In this document: piece by piece, positions 11,101-18,519 of the stretch
How positions within the stretch are numbered: position 1 is the stretch's first letter
Layout of the letters: the number at the start of each line of letters is the position of its first letter
Origin: a bacterium
GTDB lineage: Bacteria > Margulisbacteria > Marinamargulisbacteria > SXXA01 > JAHFDB01
Length of the DNA stretch: 36,588 bases
Direction of reading: 5' to 3'
NCBI GenBank assembly: GCA_023249285.1
Contig: JAHFCZ010000003.1
Coordinates: forward strand, 1-36,588
Position numbers and translations under genes: made by a program
The notes under the pieces: generated by a model
The model's input: the letters and a program-made list of their open reading frames with translations, nothing else
What the model was told of the DNA's origin: nothing
Database searches by the model: none

Positions 11101-11433
11101 ACCAAGGGGACTGCTCAGTATTTGTCCGAGAATGGTCTTCCTGTAACGGTCGTGAATAAAGAAAAAGAAGGAGGTGATCATGCGATTTTACAAATTCTGA
11201 GTGGAAAATTTCAGCTCGTTGTTAATACCACGGCTGGAGATGATATTCCCGAGAGTTTTATGTTGCGACGATCTGCACTAGTCAAACGCATTCCTTATGT
11301 GACGACTGCAGCTGGGTTTAAGGCTTTTGCGACTGCGCTTGATGCGTTTCACGTTTTATCTGAGGTGTCTGTGACGCCTATTCAGGATTGGACTCAATCT
11401 TTCGGAACGTGTGTATTAAATGGTGTTCAATAA
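8146..11433 (+). CDS. carB: Carbamoyl-phosphate synthase large subunit
   Basis: 1095-aa ORF with duplicated ATP-grasp halves ([24 protein letters not shown] and [24 protein letters not shown]) and a C-terminal MGS-like domain. It overlaps carA by 17 nt, and GAAGG lies upstream. Confidence 0.95.
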   Translation: MPKRTDISSILIIGAGPIVIGQACEFDYSGTQACKILKNEGYRVILVNSNPATIMTDPETADAIYIEPITPEFVEKIIAKERPDALLPTVGGQTALNCAMSLHQSGVLDRYKVIMIGASPHAIEKAENRKLFNKAMSKIGLDVPKHAVVNSLEDALKALPEIGLPAVIRPSFTLGGSGGGIAYSEEEFRGIVLNGLSLSPTTEVVIDESIVGWKEYEMEVIRDKNDNAIIICSIENIDPMGIHTGDSMTVAPALTLTDKEYQIMRDASIAVLREIGVETGGSNVQFAVHPLTGRLIVIEMNPRVSRSSALASKATGYPIAKVAAKLAVGYTLDEIENDITKVTPASFEPSIDYVVTKIPRFTFEKFPKASSLLSTQMKSVGEAMSIGRSFSESFQKGLRSIEQGYCGLNEVEMEGVDPGKSYLENKETIKKILSQFSHLRFLHIAQSMRLGCPQDDIQEFTHFDPWFIAQIQAILVFEERLRADGFPNSKDGLLAYKKMGFSDLRIAQLCGKSEKEVRQKRADWNLHPVYKKVDTCAAEFSCNTAYLYSTYEGNALQDAVCEAAPSSRKKVIILGGGPNRIGQGIEFDYACVHAAYALKELGIESIMVNCNPETVSTDYDTSDKLYFEPLTSEDVLEIVATEQKNGEVLGVIVQFGGQTPLKLAKTLQEAGVPIIGTQPDMLDLAEDRERFKALLDQLGLVQPKNDICFTLEDIQGAAQRVGYPVVVRPSNVLGGRAMEVLLSERDLTSYIDQHGAHILDGPILIDKFLENAVEIDVDVLSDGNQVFVAGIMEQLEEAGVHSGDSACSIPTVSLSQDQLQEITAVSVKLARALHVVGLMNLQCAYQNGQLFILEVNPRASRTVPFVAKATGNSLAKIAVNLMVGRSLSEFNLKSATPEHYSVKEVVFPFGRFENTDSVLGPEMKSTGEVMGVDTSFGMAFLRAQEAAGNKIPMEGNVFISVRDRDKPLILEAAKLFSKRSFSLFATKGTAQYLSENGLPVTVVNKEKEGGDHAILQILSGKFQLVVNTTAGDDIPESFMLRRSALVKRIPYVTTAAGFKAFATALDAFHVLSEVSVTPIQDWTQSFGTCVLNGVQ

Positions 11434-11451
11434 CTTTAAAAGGAGTATTTC

Positions 11452-12564
11452 ATGATTGCTATCGCTGAGTATATTTGGTTTGATGGTGCAACCCCTACAC
11501 GTCGTCCTCGTTGTAAGGCTCGTGTGGTTGATCTTGATCCTGCTAATGTTTCTGTTTCCGATTTTCCTGAATGGGGGTTTGATGGATCTTCCACGAATCA
11601 GGCGCCTGGGAATAGTTCGGACTTGGTCTTGAAACCAGCTTCCTTTTTTAAGGATCCTATTCGAGGTGGAGATAACTTTTTGGTTATCTGTGAAGTGTTT
11701 AATGCCGACGAGACCCCGCATCGAACCAATGCACGGGCGCTTCTTCGGAATGTGTTAGAGGCTGGTGCAAATCAACTTGAAGCTTGTGGTGGATTTGAAC
11801 AAGAATATACGTTGTTTAAAGATGGGCTTCCCTTGGGCTTTACAAAGACAAGTGAGCCTGAGCCTCAGGGCCCTTATTACTGTGGTGTTGGTGGGACCCG
11901 TGCTTTTGGACGAGAAATTGTTGAAGACCATTTGAATGCTTGTTTGGATGCTGAACTTAATATCTATGGCATTAATGCTGAGGTTATGCCTGGACAGTGG
12001 GAATACCAGGTCGGTTATCGTGGGTTTGAGGGTGATCAAAACGATATTTTGAACTTGTGTGATCAACGCGTGGTTGCCAATTGGTTATTAGAGCGTATTG
12101 CAGAAGATCATGGTGTTGAAGTTCGTTTTGATAACAAGCCTAAACAAGGGGATTGGAATGGTGCTGGCTGCCATACTAATTTTTCAACACGAGATATGCG
12201 TAACAAAGAGACTGGACGTGCGACGATTGAAGCAGCAGTTAAAGCGCTTGAGGCAAAGCATCGTGAGCATATTCAGGTCTATGGTGCGGATAATGATCAA
12301 AGACTTACCGGTAAGCATGAAACCTGTTCTTATCGACAGTTCCGTTCTGGGGCTTCTGATCGTGGTGCTTCTATTCGTATTCCTTTAGGCGTTGCTCAGA
12401 AGGGGTATGGTTATATTGAAGATCGTCGTCCAGGGGCTAATTCGGATTCCTACGTGGTTGTGGCAAGATTGTTAGCTACAATTGCAGGTATTTCTCAATT
12501 TGAGGCAGAATTTGAACCTTTTGTGTGTTTGAAATTAGACTTAGAAGCTGTTACAGCTCGGTAG
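11452..12564 (+). CDS. glnII: Glutamine synthetase, type II (eukaryote-like GSII)
   Basis: 370 aa, which is GSII size (GSI is about 470 aa). Motifs AEYIWFDG, PEWGFDGSSTNQA, PQGPYYCGVG, NAEVMPGQWEYQVG, GDWNGAGCHTNFST, RLTGKHET and YIEDRRPGANSD. AAGGAG lies 6 nt upstream of the ATG. Confidence 0.9.
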   Translation: MIAIAEYIWFDGATPTRRPRCKARVVDLDPANVSVSDFPEWGFDGSSTNQAPGNSSDLVLKPASFFKDPIRGGDNFLVICEVFNADETPHRTNARALLRNVLEAGANQLEACGGFEQEYTLFKDGLPLGFTKTSEPEPQGPYYCGVGGTRAFGREIVEDHLNACLDAELNIYGINAEVMPGQWEYQVGYRGFEGDQNDILNLCDQRVVANWLLERIAEDHGVEVRFDNKPKQGDWNGAGCHTNFSTRDMRNKETGRATIEAAVKALEAKHREHIQVYGADNDQRLTGKHETCSYRQFRSGASDRGASIRIPLGVAQKGYGYIEDRRPGANSDSYVVVARLLATIAGISQFEAEFEPFVCLKLDLEAVTAR

Positions 12565-12579
12565 AAGAGGAGAAAATTA

Positions 12580-14121
12580 ATGTCTCAAGCTAAACAAAAT
12601 GTGGGGGATCAGCAGCTTTGGGCTAGTCGATTTAAAAAATCAACAGATCCAGTTGCAAAGGCCTACAGTGATTCGATTGATGTAGATCGTCCGATGTTGT
12701 TTCAAAATATTTGGGGTAATGAAGCACATGTTATTATGCTCGCCAAACAAGGGATTATTAAGGATTCACATTGTCGTGAAATACTGAAGGGGCTACAGCA
12801 GCTCAAGGATGATTTTGTACAGAAGAAATGGGATTTGGCTGCACAAGAAGAAGATGTGCAGATGAATGTTGAACGGTATGTGATTAATACGGTTGGAATA
12901 GAGAACGGAGGTCGAATGCACACCTGTCGTTCTCGGAATGACCAGGTTGTTCTCGATACGAAACTCTATGTGAGGGATCAATTACTTCCGATTATTCAAA
13001 ATGTCATTCGTTTTGTTGAGGAGTTATTGACTCAAGCGGATCAACATACTGAAACTTTAATGCCTGGGTATACGCATACTCAGCATGCACAGCCTATGAC
13101 TTATGCGTATTGGCTGACGCATTATGCGGCGGTATTTTTACGTGATGTTAAGCGGCTTGTTGCCGCCTATCAGGTGACGAATACAAACCCATTGGGTGCA
13201 GGCGCTCTTACCGGCACTTCTTTCCCGATTGACCGTGAATTTACGACTCGTCTTTTAGGGTTTGATTCTGTACAAGAACATAGTTTAGATGCTGTTGGTG
13301 CCAAAGATTTTAATCTTGAAATTTTGAGTGCCTGCTCGATTTTCTTTTCGAGTCTTTCTCGCCTAGCGGATGAAATTATTTATGGGATTACCTATGAATA
13401 TGGAACGATGGTTCTAGATGATGGTTTTTCAATGGGAAGCTCCATGATGCCTCAGAAAAAGAATCCTGGCGTACTTGAATTAGTTCGTGGTCGTACAGGT
13501 AAAATGTATGGCTTGTTAATGCAAATGCTGACCACAATGAAAGGGCTGCCATCGGGGTATAATCGTGATTATCATGAAGATAAAACGACTTTATCAGAAG
13601 GTCTTAAGTTGGTTTACGATACTGTTGAAGTAATGCGTGGGGTGATGAAAACCTTGGTGATTAAACCTGAGCGTATGAAATACTTGGTGGATCAGAATTT
13701 TGCAACAGCGACTGAATTGGCGAACTATTTAGTGAGTAAGCATGATATTCCTTTTCGACTATGTCATCGTATTGTCGGGTTTGTTGTAGGCCAATTGGTT
13801 GAAGAAGGTAAGAACTTTACAGATCGTGAACGGACTAAGGCGTTATTGGCTGAACGAGAAATTTCAATTAGTGATGCTGATTATGATCGTGTCTTGACCC
13901 CAGCTCATGTTATTTTGGAGTATACCTCGCAAGGTGGTGTTGCACCTAAGGAAGTGTCTAGAATGATTGCTAGCATGCGGCAAGAATGTGTTAATTTCCA
14001 GGCGGAGATTGATTTTATTCATGCTCAGCTTAACAAAGCTCGGACTGAGACGAACACTTTAGTTGAGAAAATTTTGAAGCAAAATCTCTCAGTTAATAAT
14101 GCTATCGAAACTATCCTTTAA
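12580..14121 (+). CDS. argH: Argininosuccinate lyase (fumarase/aspartase superfamily)
   Basis: Motifs LWASRF, RSRNDQV, MPGYTHTQHAQP and the signature loop GSSMMPQKKNP. GAGGAG SD. At 513 aa it is somewhat longer than typical ArgH because of a C-terminal helical tail. Confidence 0.88.
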   Translation: MSQAKQNVGDQQLWASRFKKSTDPVAKAYSDSIDVDRPMLFQNIWGNEAHVIMLAKQGIIKDSHCREILKGLQQLKDDFVQKKWDLAAQEEDVQMNVERYVINTVGIENGGRMHTCRSRNDQVVLDTKLYVRDQLLPIIQNVIRFVEELLTQADQHTETLMPGYTHTQHAQPMTYAYWLTHYAAVFLRDVKRLVAAYQVTNTNPLGAGALTGTSFPIDREFTTRLLGFDSVQEHSLDAVGAKDFNLEILSACSIFFSSLSRLADEIIYGITYEYGTMVLDDGFSMGSSMMPQKKNPGVLELVRGRTGKMYGLLMQMLTTMKGLPSGYNRDYHEDKTTLSEGLKLVYDTVEVMRGVMKTLVIKPERMKYLVDQNFATATELANYLVSKHDIPFRLCHRIVGFVVGQLVEEGKNFTDRERTKALLAEREISISDADYDRVLTPAHVILEYTSQGGVAPKEVSRMIASMRQECVNFQAEIDFIHAQLNKARTETNTLVEKILKQNLSVNNAIETIL

Positions 14122-15043
14122 TCATTTGCTTTCGGCTAAAGATGTCCAAAAGCAGGATATTCTCCTGCTTTTGGATGCTGCCGCATCTTTTCATGAGGGG
14201 ATGGCGTCTGATGTTTGTCAATTCTGTGATCTTGCTAAAGGAAAAATATTAGCTTCTTTGTTTTTTGAAGCTAGCACGCGTACTCGATTTTCTTTTGAAT
14301 CCGCGATGTGTCGATTAGGGGGTGCCGTGCTTACCCTTGAAAACGGGGCGTCTTCCTCTGTTAAAAAGGGTGAGACTTTGTCAGATATGGGACGGATTGT
14401 GAGTGGGTATGCAGATATTATTGTGATGAGACACCCTGCTTCTAATAGTGTGAAGGAATTTTCAGAATATTCTCAAGTGCCTGTGATCAATGCTGGAGAT
14501 GGTCCAATGGAGCATCCCTCTCAGTCCTTAGTGGATTTGTATTCTATTTCTTACTTTCAGAAAAAATTGGATGGACTTTCTATCGGATTTGTTGGAGATC
14601 TTAAATTTGGTCGGACAGTTAATTCTCTTGTACAACTTTTGGCTTTTTTCCCTCATCAACAGTTTTATTTTATTTCTCATCCAAGCTTAAAAATTCATCC
14701 TGATAAAGTAAAGCTTCTAAGGGATTTGGGGCATCGCGTGGTTGAGCTTTCTGAATTTGGGGATGTTGTTCCTGAATTGGATGTGTTGTATATGACGCGG
14801 GTTCAGGCTGAGCGTTTTGAGTCTAAAGCACTTTTTGATCAAGTGAAAGATCATTTTGTGCTGACAGAAAAATCTTTGTTGGGTTGTAAGCCAACGCTCA
14901 GTATTTTTCATCCTCTACCCCGGATTAATGAAATCTCGATTGAGGTTGATCAACATCCTGCGGCTAGATATTTTGATCAAGCAAAGTTTGGTGTTTATGT
15001 GCGAATGGCTGTGCTGTGGCATATGCTTGGAAGGGCTATATGA
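14099..15043 (+). CDS. pyrB: Aspartate carbamoyltransferase catalytic chain
   Basis: Carbamoyl-P site FFEASTRTRFSFE, plus HPSQ, and the ATCase-type HPLPR and RVQAERF rather than the OTCase HCLP. The start overlaps the argH end by 23 nt. Confidence 0.87.
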   Translation: MLSKLSFNHLLSAKDVQKQDILLLLDAAASFHEGMASDVCQFCDLAKGKILASLFFEASTRTRFSFESAMCRLGGAVLTLENGASSSVKKGETLSDMGRIVSGYADIIVMRHPASNSVKEFSEYSQVPVINAGDGPMEHPSQSLVDLYSISYFQKKLDGLSIGFVGDLKFGRTVNSLVQLLAFFPHQQFYFISHPSLKIHPDKVKLLRDLGHRVVELSEFGDVVPELDVLYMTRVQAERFESKALFDQVKDHFVLTEKSLLGCKPTLSIFHPLPRINEISIEVDQHPAARYFDQAKFGVYVRMAVLWHMLGRAI

Positions 15044-16266
15044 ATACTGGAGACTCTGTTTTTGTTTGGATTTCAACTTTGTTGGTTTTCTTAATGATTC
15101 CGGGGCTCGCTTTTTTTTATGCGGGTTTGGTGCGTAAGAAGAATATTTTGAGTGTTTTGATGGCATGTTTTGCGACACTTGCTATTGTCAGTCTCCAGTG
15201 GGTTTTGTTTGGCTATTCTCTTGCTTTTGATCCTGCAGAATTTATTCATGGATTTTTGGGAGGGTTTCATTGGGTAGGGCTTTCGGGTGTTCTTCATACG
15301 CCATTCCCAGGGTATTCTGCGACGATTCCCCATTCGTCTTATATGATGTTTCAAATGATGTTTGCGGTGATTACACCCGCTTTGATTATTGGGGCTGTGG
15401 TTGAACGTATGAAGTTTTCAGCATTGTGTGTGTTTATTCTTGCTTGGAGTTTTTTGGTTTATGATCCGATTGCACATTGGGTTTGGGGAATGGGTGGTTG
15501 GTTGCGCCAGTTGGGGGCTTTGGATTTTGCAGGTGGGACAGTTGTTCATATCAGTGCCGGGATTTCTGCGCTTGCTGTGGTTCTGATTTTAGGTAAGCGT
15601 AAAGAATTGGCTACGGCACACCCTTGCAATTTGCCGATGGTGGTTTTAGGTGCTGGTTTGTTATGGCTAGGGTGGTTTGGTTTTAATGCGGGGAGCGCAC
15701 TTGCAATGTCTGATATTGCGATGCAGGCCTTTTTGACGACCCATTCTGCGGCAGCTGCGGCGACACTTTCATATTTGTTATTAGAGTGGGGATTTCAGAA
15801 ACGTCCCACTATATTGGGTGCTGTGACAGGTGCTATTGCAGGCTTGGTAGCGGTTACGCCTGCTGCTGGATTTGTCTCTATCTTTGCAGCAATTTTTGTG
15901 GGTGCGGTGGCGAGTTTGGTTGCCTATTTTATGATTACTGTGGTCAAGAAAAAACTGGGGTATGATGATGCACTAGATGTTTTTGGTGTTCATGGAATGT
16001 GTGGTATTTGGGGGGCATTAGCTACAGGGATCTTTGCTTCGACCCAAATTAATCCGGGTGGTGCTGAGGGGTTATTGTATGGGAACCTGGGATTGTTTAA
16101 GGCGCAAGTCATTGCGGTGATTGTTTCAGTGGGGTATTCATTTTGTGTCACCTTTGTCTTGATAAAGGTGATCGATGCTATAATGGGAATCCGTGTCACA
16201 GAACAAGAAGAGTATCAAGGATTGGATTTGTCTCTTCATCATGAAATTGCTTACAAATTAGATTAG
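15040..16266 (+). CDS. amtB: Ammonium transporter (Amt/MEP family)
   Basis: About 11 hydrophobic segments, with LDFAGGTVVHISAG, WFGFNAGS and VHGMCGIWGAL (twin-His region). I prefer the start at ATG 15040, which forms an ATGA overlap with the pyrB stop, over the upstream ATG at 15016. Confidence 0.92.
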   Translation: MNTGDSVFVWISTLLVFLMIPGLAFFYAGLVRKKNILSVLMACFATLAIVSLQWVLFGYSLAFDPAEFIHGFLGGFHWVGLSGVLHTPFPGYSATIPHSSYMMFQMMFAVITPALIIGAVVERMKFSALCVFILAWSFLVYDPIAHWVWGMGGWLRQLGALDFAGGTVVHISAGISALAVVLILGKRKELATAHPCNLPMVVLGAGLLWLGWFGFNAGSALAMSDIAMQAFLTTHSAAAAATLSYLLLEWGFQKRPTILGAVTGAIAGLVAVTPAAGFVSIFAAIFVGAVASLVAYFMITVVKKKLGYDDALDVFGVHGMCGIWGALATGIFASTQINPGGAEGLLYGNLGLFKAQVIAVIVSVGYSFCVTFVLIKVIDAIMGIRVTEQEEYQGLDLSLHHEIAYKLD

Positions 16267-16276
16267 GAGCTTTTCA

Positions 16277-16615
16277 ATGAAATACATCGTAGCGATTTTA
16301 AGGCCACATCGATTAGATGGGATTCTTGAGAAAATTCAAGAGTTTGGCCTCGTTCACTTTACACTCTCAAACGTGATGGGGCATGGGTTACAGAAAGCAA
16401 CTGAAGAAGTGTACCGCAATGTGCTTGATTCAAAAGATATGCATGAATATGTAAAATTAGAACTTGCTGTTAATGATGTTTCTTTGGAACCGCTTGTTGA
16501 GATCCTCAAGACAGGGTTTGAGGGAGAGCTCGATGATGGAAAGATTTTTGTTTTAGAGCTTGTAAGTGCGATTAGTGTTCGTACTGGGGAGCGTGATGCT
16601 CTTGTTTTAGGCTAA
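16277..16615 (+). CDS. glnK: Nitrogen regulatory protein P-II (GlnK/GlnB family, divergent)
   Basis: 112 aa. It aligns gaplessly with GlnB: T-loop region GHGLQKATEEVYRN, DDGKIFV, VRTGE. It lies directly downstream of amtB, and an AGGAG SD is present. Confidence 0.85.
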   Translation: MKYIVAILRPHRLDGILEKIQEFGLVHFTLSNVMGHGLQKATEEVYRNVLDSKDMHEYVKLELAVNDVSLEPLVEILKTGFEGELDDGKIFVLELVSAISVRTGERDALVLG

Positions 16616-16618
16616 GTC

Positions 16619-17209
16619 ATGGACGAGCTGGGTTCACTCAAGATTGGTGTTTTTGGGTCTTCCGCTAAAGATGAGGTGACAGCTCTTTATACCGCGGCAC
16701 ATCGTGTAGGTGAGTTGATTGCGCAAGGGGGGCATCGCATCATCACGGGCGCATGCAATGGGGTTCCTTTGGTGGCTGTTTTGGGTGCAAAATCAAAGCA
16801 GGGTTTTTCGATAGGGTTTACAGCGGCGACGACGTGCCAGGCTCATGAAACTTTGATGGATACTTCCCCGACTTACTATGATGAGTTGGTTTGTATTCCT
16901 GAGGATTATCTGTATAAAGAAAGCCCTGTGATTTGTAAGAAGTATCGTAATGTTTCTTCAGTAGCCGCTTGCGATGCTGCCATTTTTATTAGTGGGCGAT
17001 GGGGTACTTTGAATGAATTTTCCATTGCTTTTGATACGGGGAAAGTGATAGGAGTGTTGACCGGGATTGGCAAATTTGCAAGTCAAGCTGAACAATTGGT
17101 GACTTTTTTTAATAAAACGAGCTCTGCTCATATTATTTATCAATCGGATCCTGATGTGTTACTTGAAGAAGTTGTGAGGATTGCCGATGAGCGACGCCAA
17201 CGTAGCTGA
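16619..17209 (+). CDS. LOG/TIGR00725-like Rossmann-fold protein (predicted nucleotide-type N-glycosidase)
   Basis: 196 aa. It matches the LOG pattern: N-terminal KIGVFGSS, TGACNGVPL (GGxxGxM-like), an Arg in KKYRNV and ISGRWGTLNEF (PGGxGTxxE-like). The alignment to B. subtilis YvdD is from memory. Confidence 0.7.
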   Translation: MDELGSLKIGVFGSSAKDEVTALYTAAHRVGELIAQGGHRIITGACNGVPLVAVLGAKSKQGFSIGFTAATTCQAHETLMDTSPTYYDELVCIPEDYLYKESPVICKKYRNVSSVAACDAAIFISGRWGTLNEFSIAFDTGKVIGVLTGIGKFASQAEQLVTFFNKTSSAHIIYQSDPDVLLEEVVRIADERRQRS

Positions 17210-17822
17210 ATACAGTATTCTAGATCGGGTCTTTAATATTCCGTTGAATGGAACGGTGAATTCATTGCGGATGGGATCTTATAAAACCAGTCATCATGGA
17301 AATGAGGCTGAGCATGCACTTATCTATTCAGGCGTGATTCATGCTCCTGAATTTCCTATTTTGCTTCGGATTAATTCAGCGTGTTATACCAGTGATATTT
17401 TTCACTCCCAAAGTTGTGATTGTAATTGGCAATTGAAGCAAGCGATGGATCGGATTTCGATTGAGGGTGGGCTGCTTATTTATCATTTTCACCATGAGGG
17501 TAAAGCGCTTGGTTTTACGCATAAACTTAGAATGATGCAGCTTTTAGAGGAGGGTTCTTCTGGGTGGGAAACCTGGCTGAGGCAGCATTACGATACGGAT
17601 ACTCGTCGGTTTTATTCAACGATTAAAATTTTACAGGATTTGGGCATTCAAAAAGTGAGGCTGATGACGAATAATCCCCGTAAACGCGAGGCCCTTGTTA
17701 GAAATGGTATCGATGTTGTTGAAACGATTCCTATTGTAACTCAAGCGCCAGAGCTACGTTTCTATCTGACCTCTAAGCGTCATATACTTGGCCACGAAAT
17801 TCAATTTGATCATGAAATCTAA
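17187..17822 (+). CDS. GTP cyclohydrolase II-fold protein, non-canonical
   Basis: It aligns without gaps to the E. coli RibA core. The Zn cysteines are kept (SACYTSDIFHSQSCDC), as are LMTNNPRK and the Arg of DTDTRRF. However it has NSAC for HSEC, EGKALG for EGRNIG, and Met at the RibA Tyr105 position. ATG 17187 has AGGA 6 nt upstream; the ORF-track start at 17181 is a TTG. Confidence 0.75.
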   Translation: MSDANVAEYSILDRVFNIPLNGTVNSLRMGSYKTSHHGNEAEHALIYSGVIHAPEFPILLRINSACYTSDIFHSQSCDCNWQLKQAMDRISIEGGLLIYHFHHEGKALGFTHKLRMMQLLEEGSSGWETWLRQHYDTDTRRFYSTIKILQDLGIQKVRLMTNNPRKREALVRNGIDVVETIPIVTQAPELRFYLTSKRHILGHEIQFDHEI

Positions 17823-18519
17823 CCCCCCAGATATTCTTTTGTTAGGGTCTGAAGGATCTCTAGGTTCTGAATTGGTTCAGTTGTGGTTAGGGCGTGATTT
17901 AGGTGTTTTTGGTATTGATAAACACCCTGTTTCTCAGCATGATATTGGGTATTATCAAGTAGACTGTGCTTTTCCAGCGAAAGTTCAAGAGGCTATTCAG
18001 GTTGTTACGTTACAGTATCCTAGTATTAAAGCAGTCGTTTCTACTTTGGGTGTTTTTGGTCAAAATGACTTGGAGGTCTACGATTTATCTGCTTTTCAAC
18101 ATTCTGTTCAAGTCAATTTAATGGCTGTTTGTGCTTTTTTTATAGGGTTGGCACAATTTTATGTAAAACAGATGAAACCTTTGAGGTTAGTTGCTGTGGG
18201 TTCTGCCGCAGGAAATGCTGGCAGTCAAGATTTCGGATATGCCGTTTCCAAGGCTGGGTTAAATGGGTTGATCGTCAGTTTATCAAAAGCGTATGCCTCA
18301 AAAGGGATTACCGTGATGGGCGTCAATCCAGGTATTTTTGATTCTTCGATGTCACGGGCTGTTCCGATTGAGCGTCAGGAAAAAACCATTGAAAAAACAC
18401 ACCTTAAACGGATAGGGACTCTTTCTGAAGTGTCAAGTGTGGTTTCGTATGTCGCACTAGAGGCCCCTGATTATCTATCTGGTGCGATTATTCCGGTGAA
18501 TGGTGGGCAGTACACTTAG
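17812..18519 (+). CDS. Short-chain dehydrogenase/reductase (SDR) family oxidoreductase
   Basis: N-terminal glycine motif LLLGSEGSLGSEL, catalytic YAVSKAGLNGL (YxxxK), NPGIFDS and C-terminal PVNGGQ. I prefer the start at ATG 17812, which overlaps the upstream gene by 11 nt. Confidence 0.8.
   Translation: MKSNPPDILLLGSEGSLGSELVQLWLGRDLGVFGIDKHPVSQHDIGYYQVDCAFPAKVQEAIQVVTLQYPSIKAVVSTLGVFGQNDLEVYDLSAFQHSVQVNLMAVCAFFIGLAQFYVKQMKPLRLVAVGSAAGNAGSQDFGYAVSKAGLNGLIVSLSKAYASKGITVMGVNPGIFDSSMSRAVPIERQEKTIEKTHLKRIGTLSEVSSVVSYVALEAPDYLSGAIIPVNGGQYT

Noticed and set aside
15016-15039. Upstream ATG start for amtB (MAYAWKGY extension)
   Set aside because: It would overlap pyrB by 28 nt. ATG 15040 gives the ATGA coupling seen throughout the window, and Amt proteins start just before TM1.
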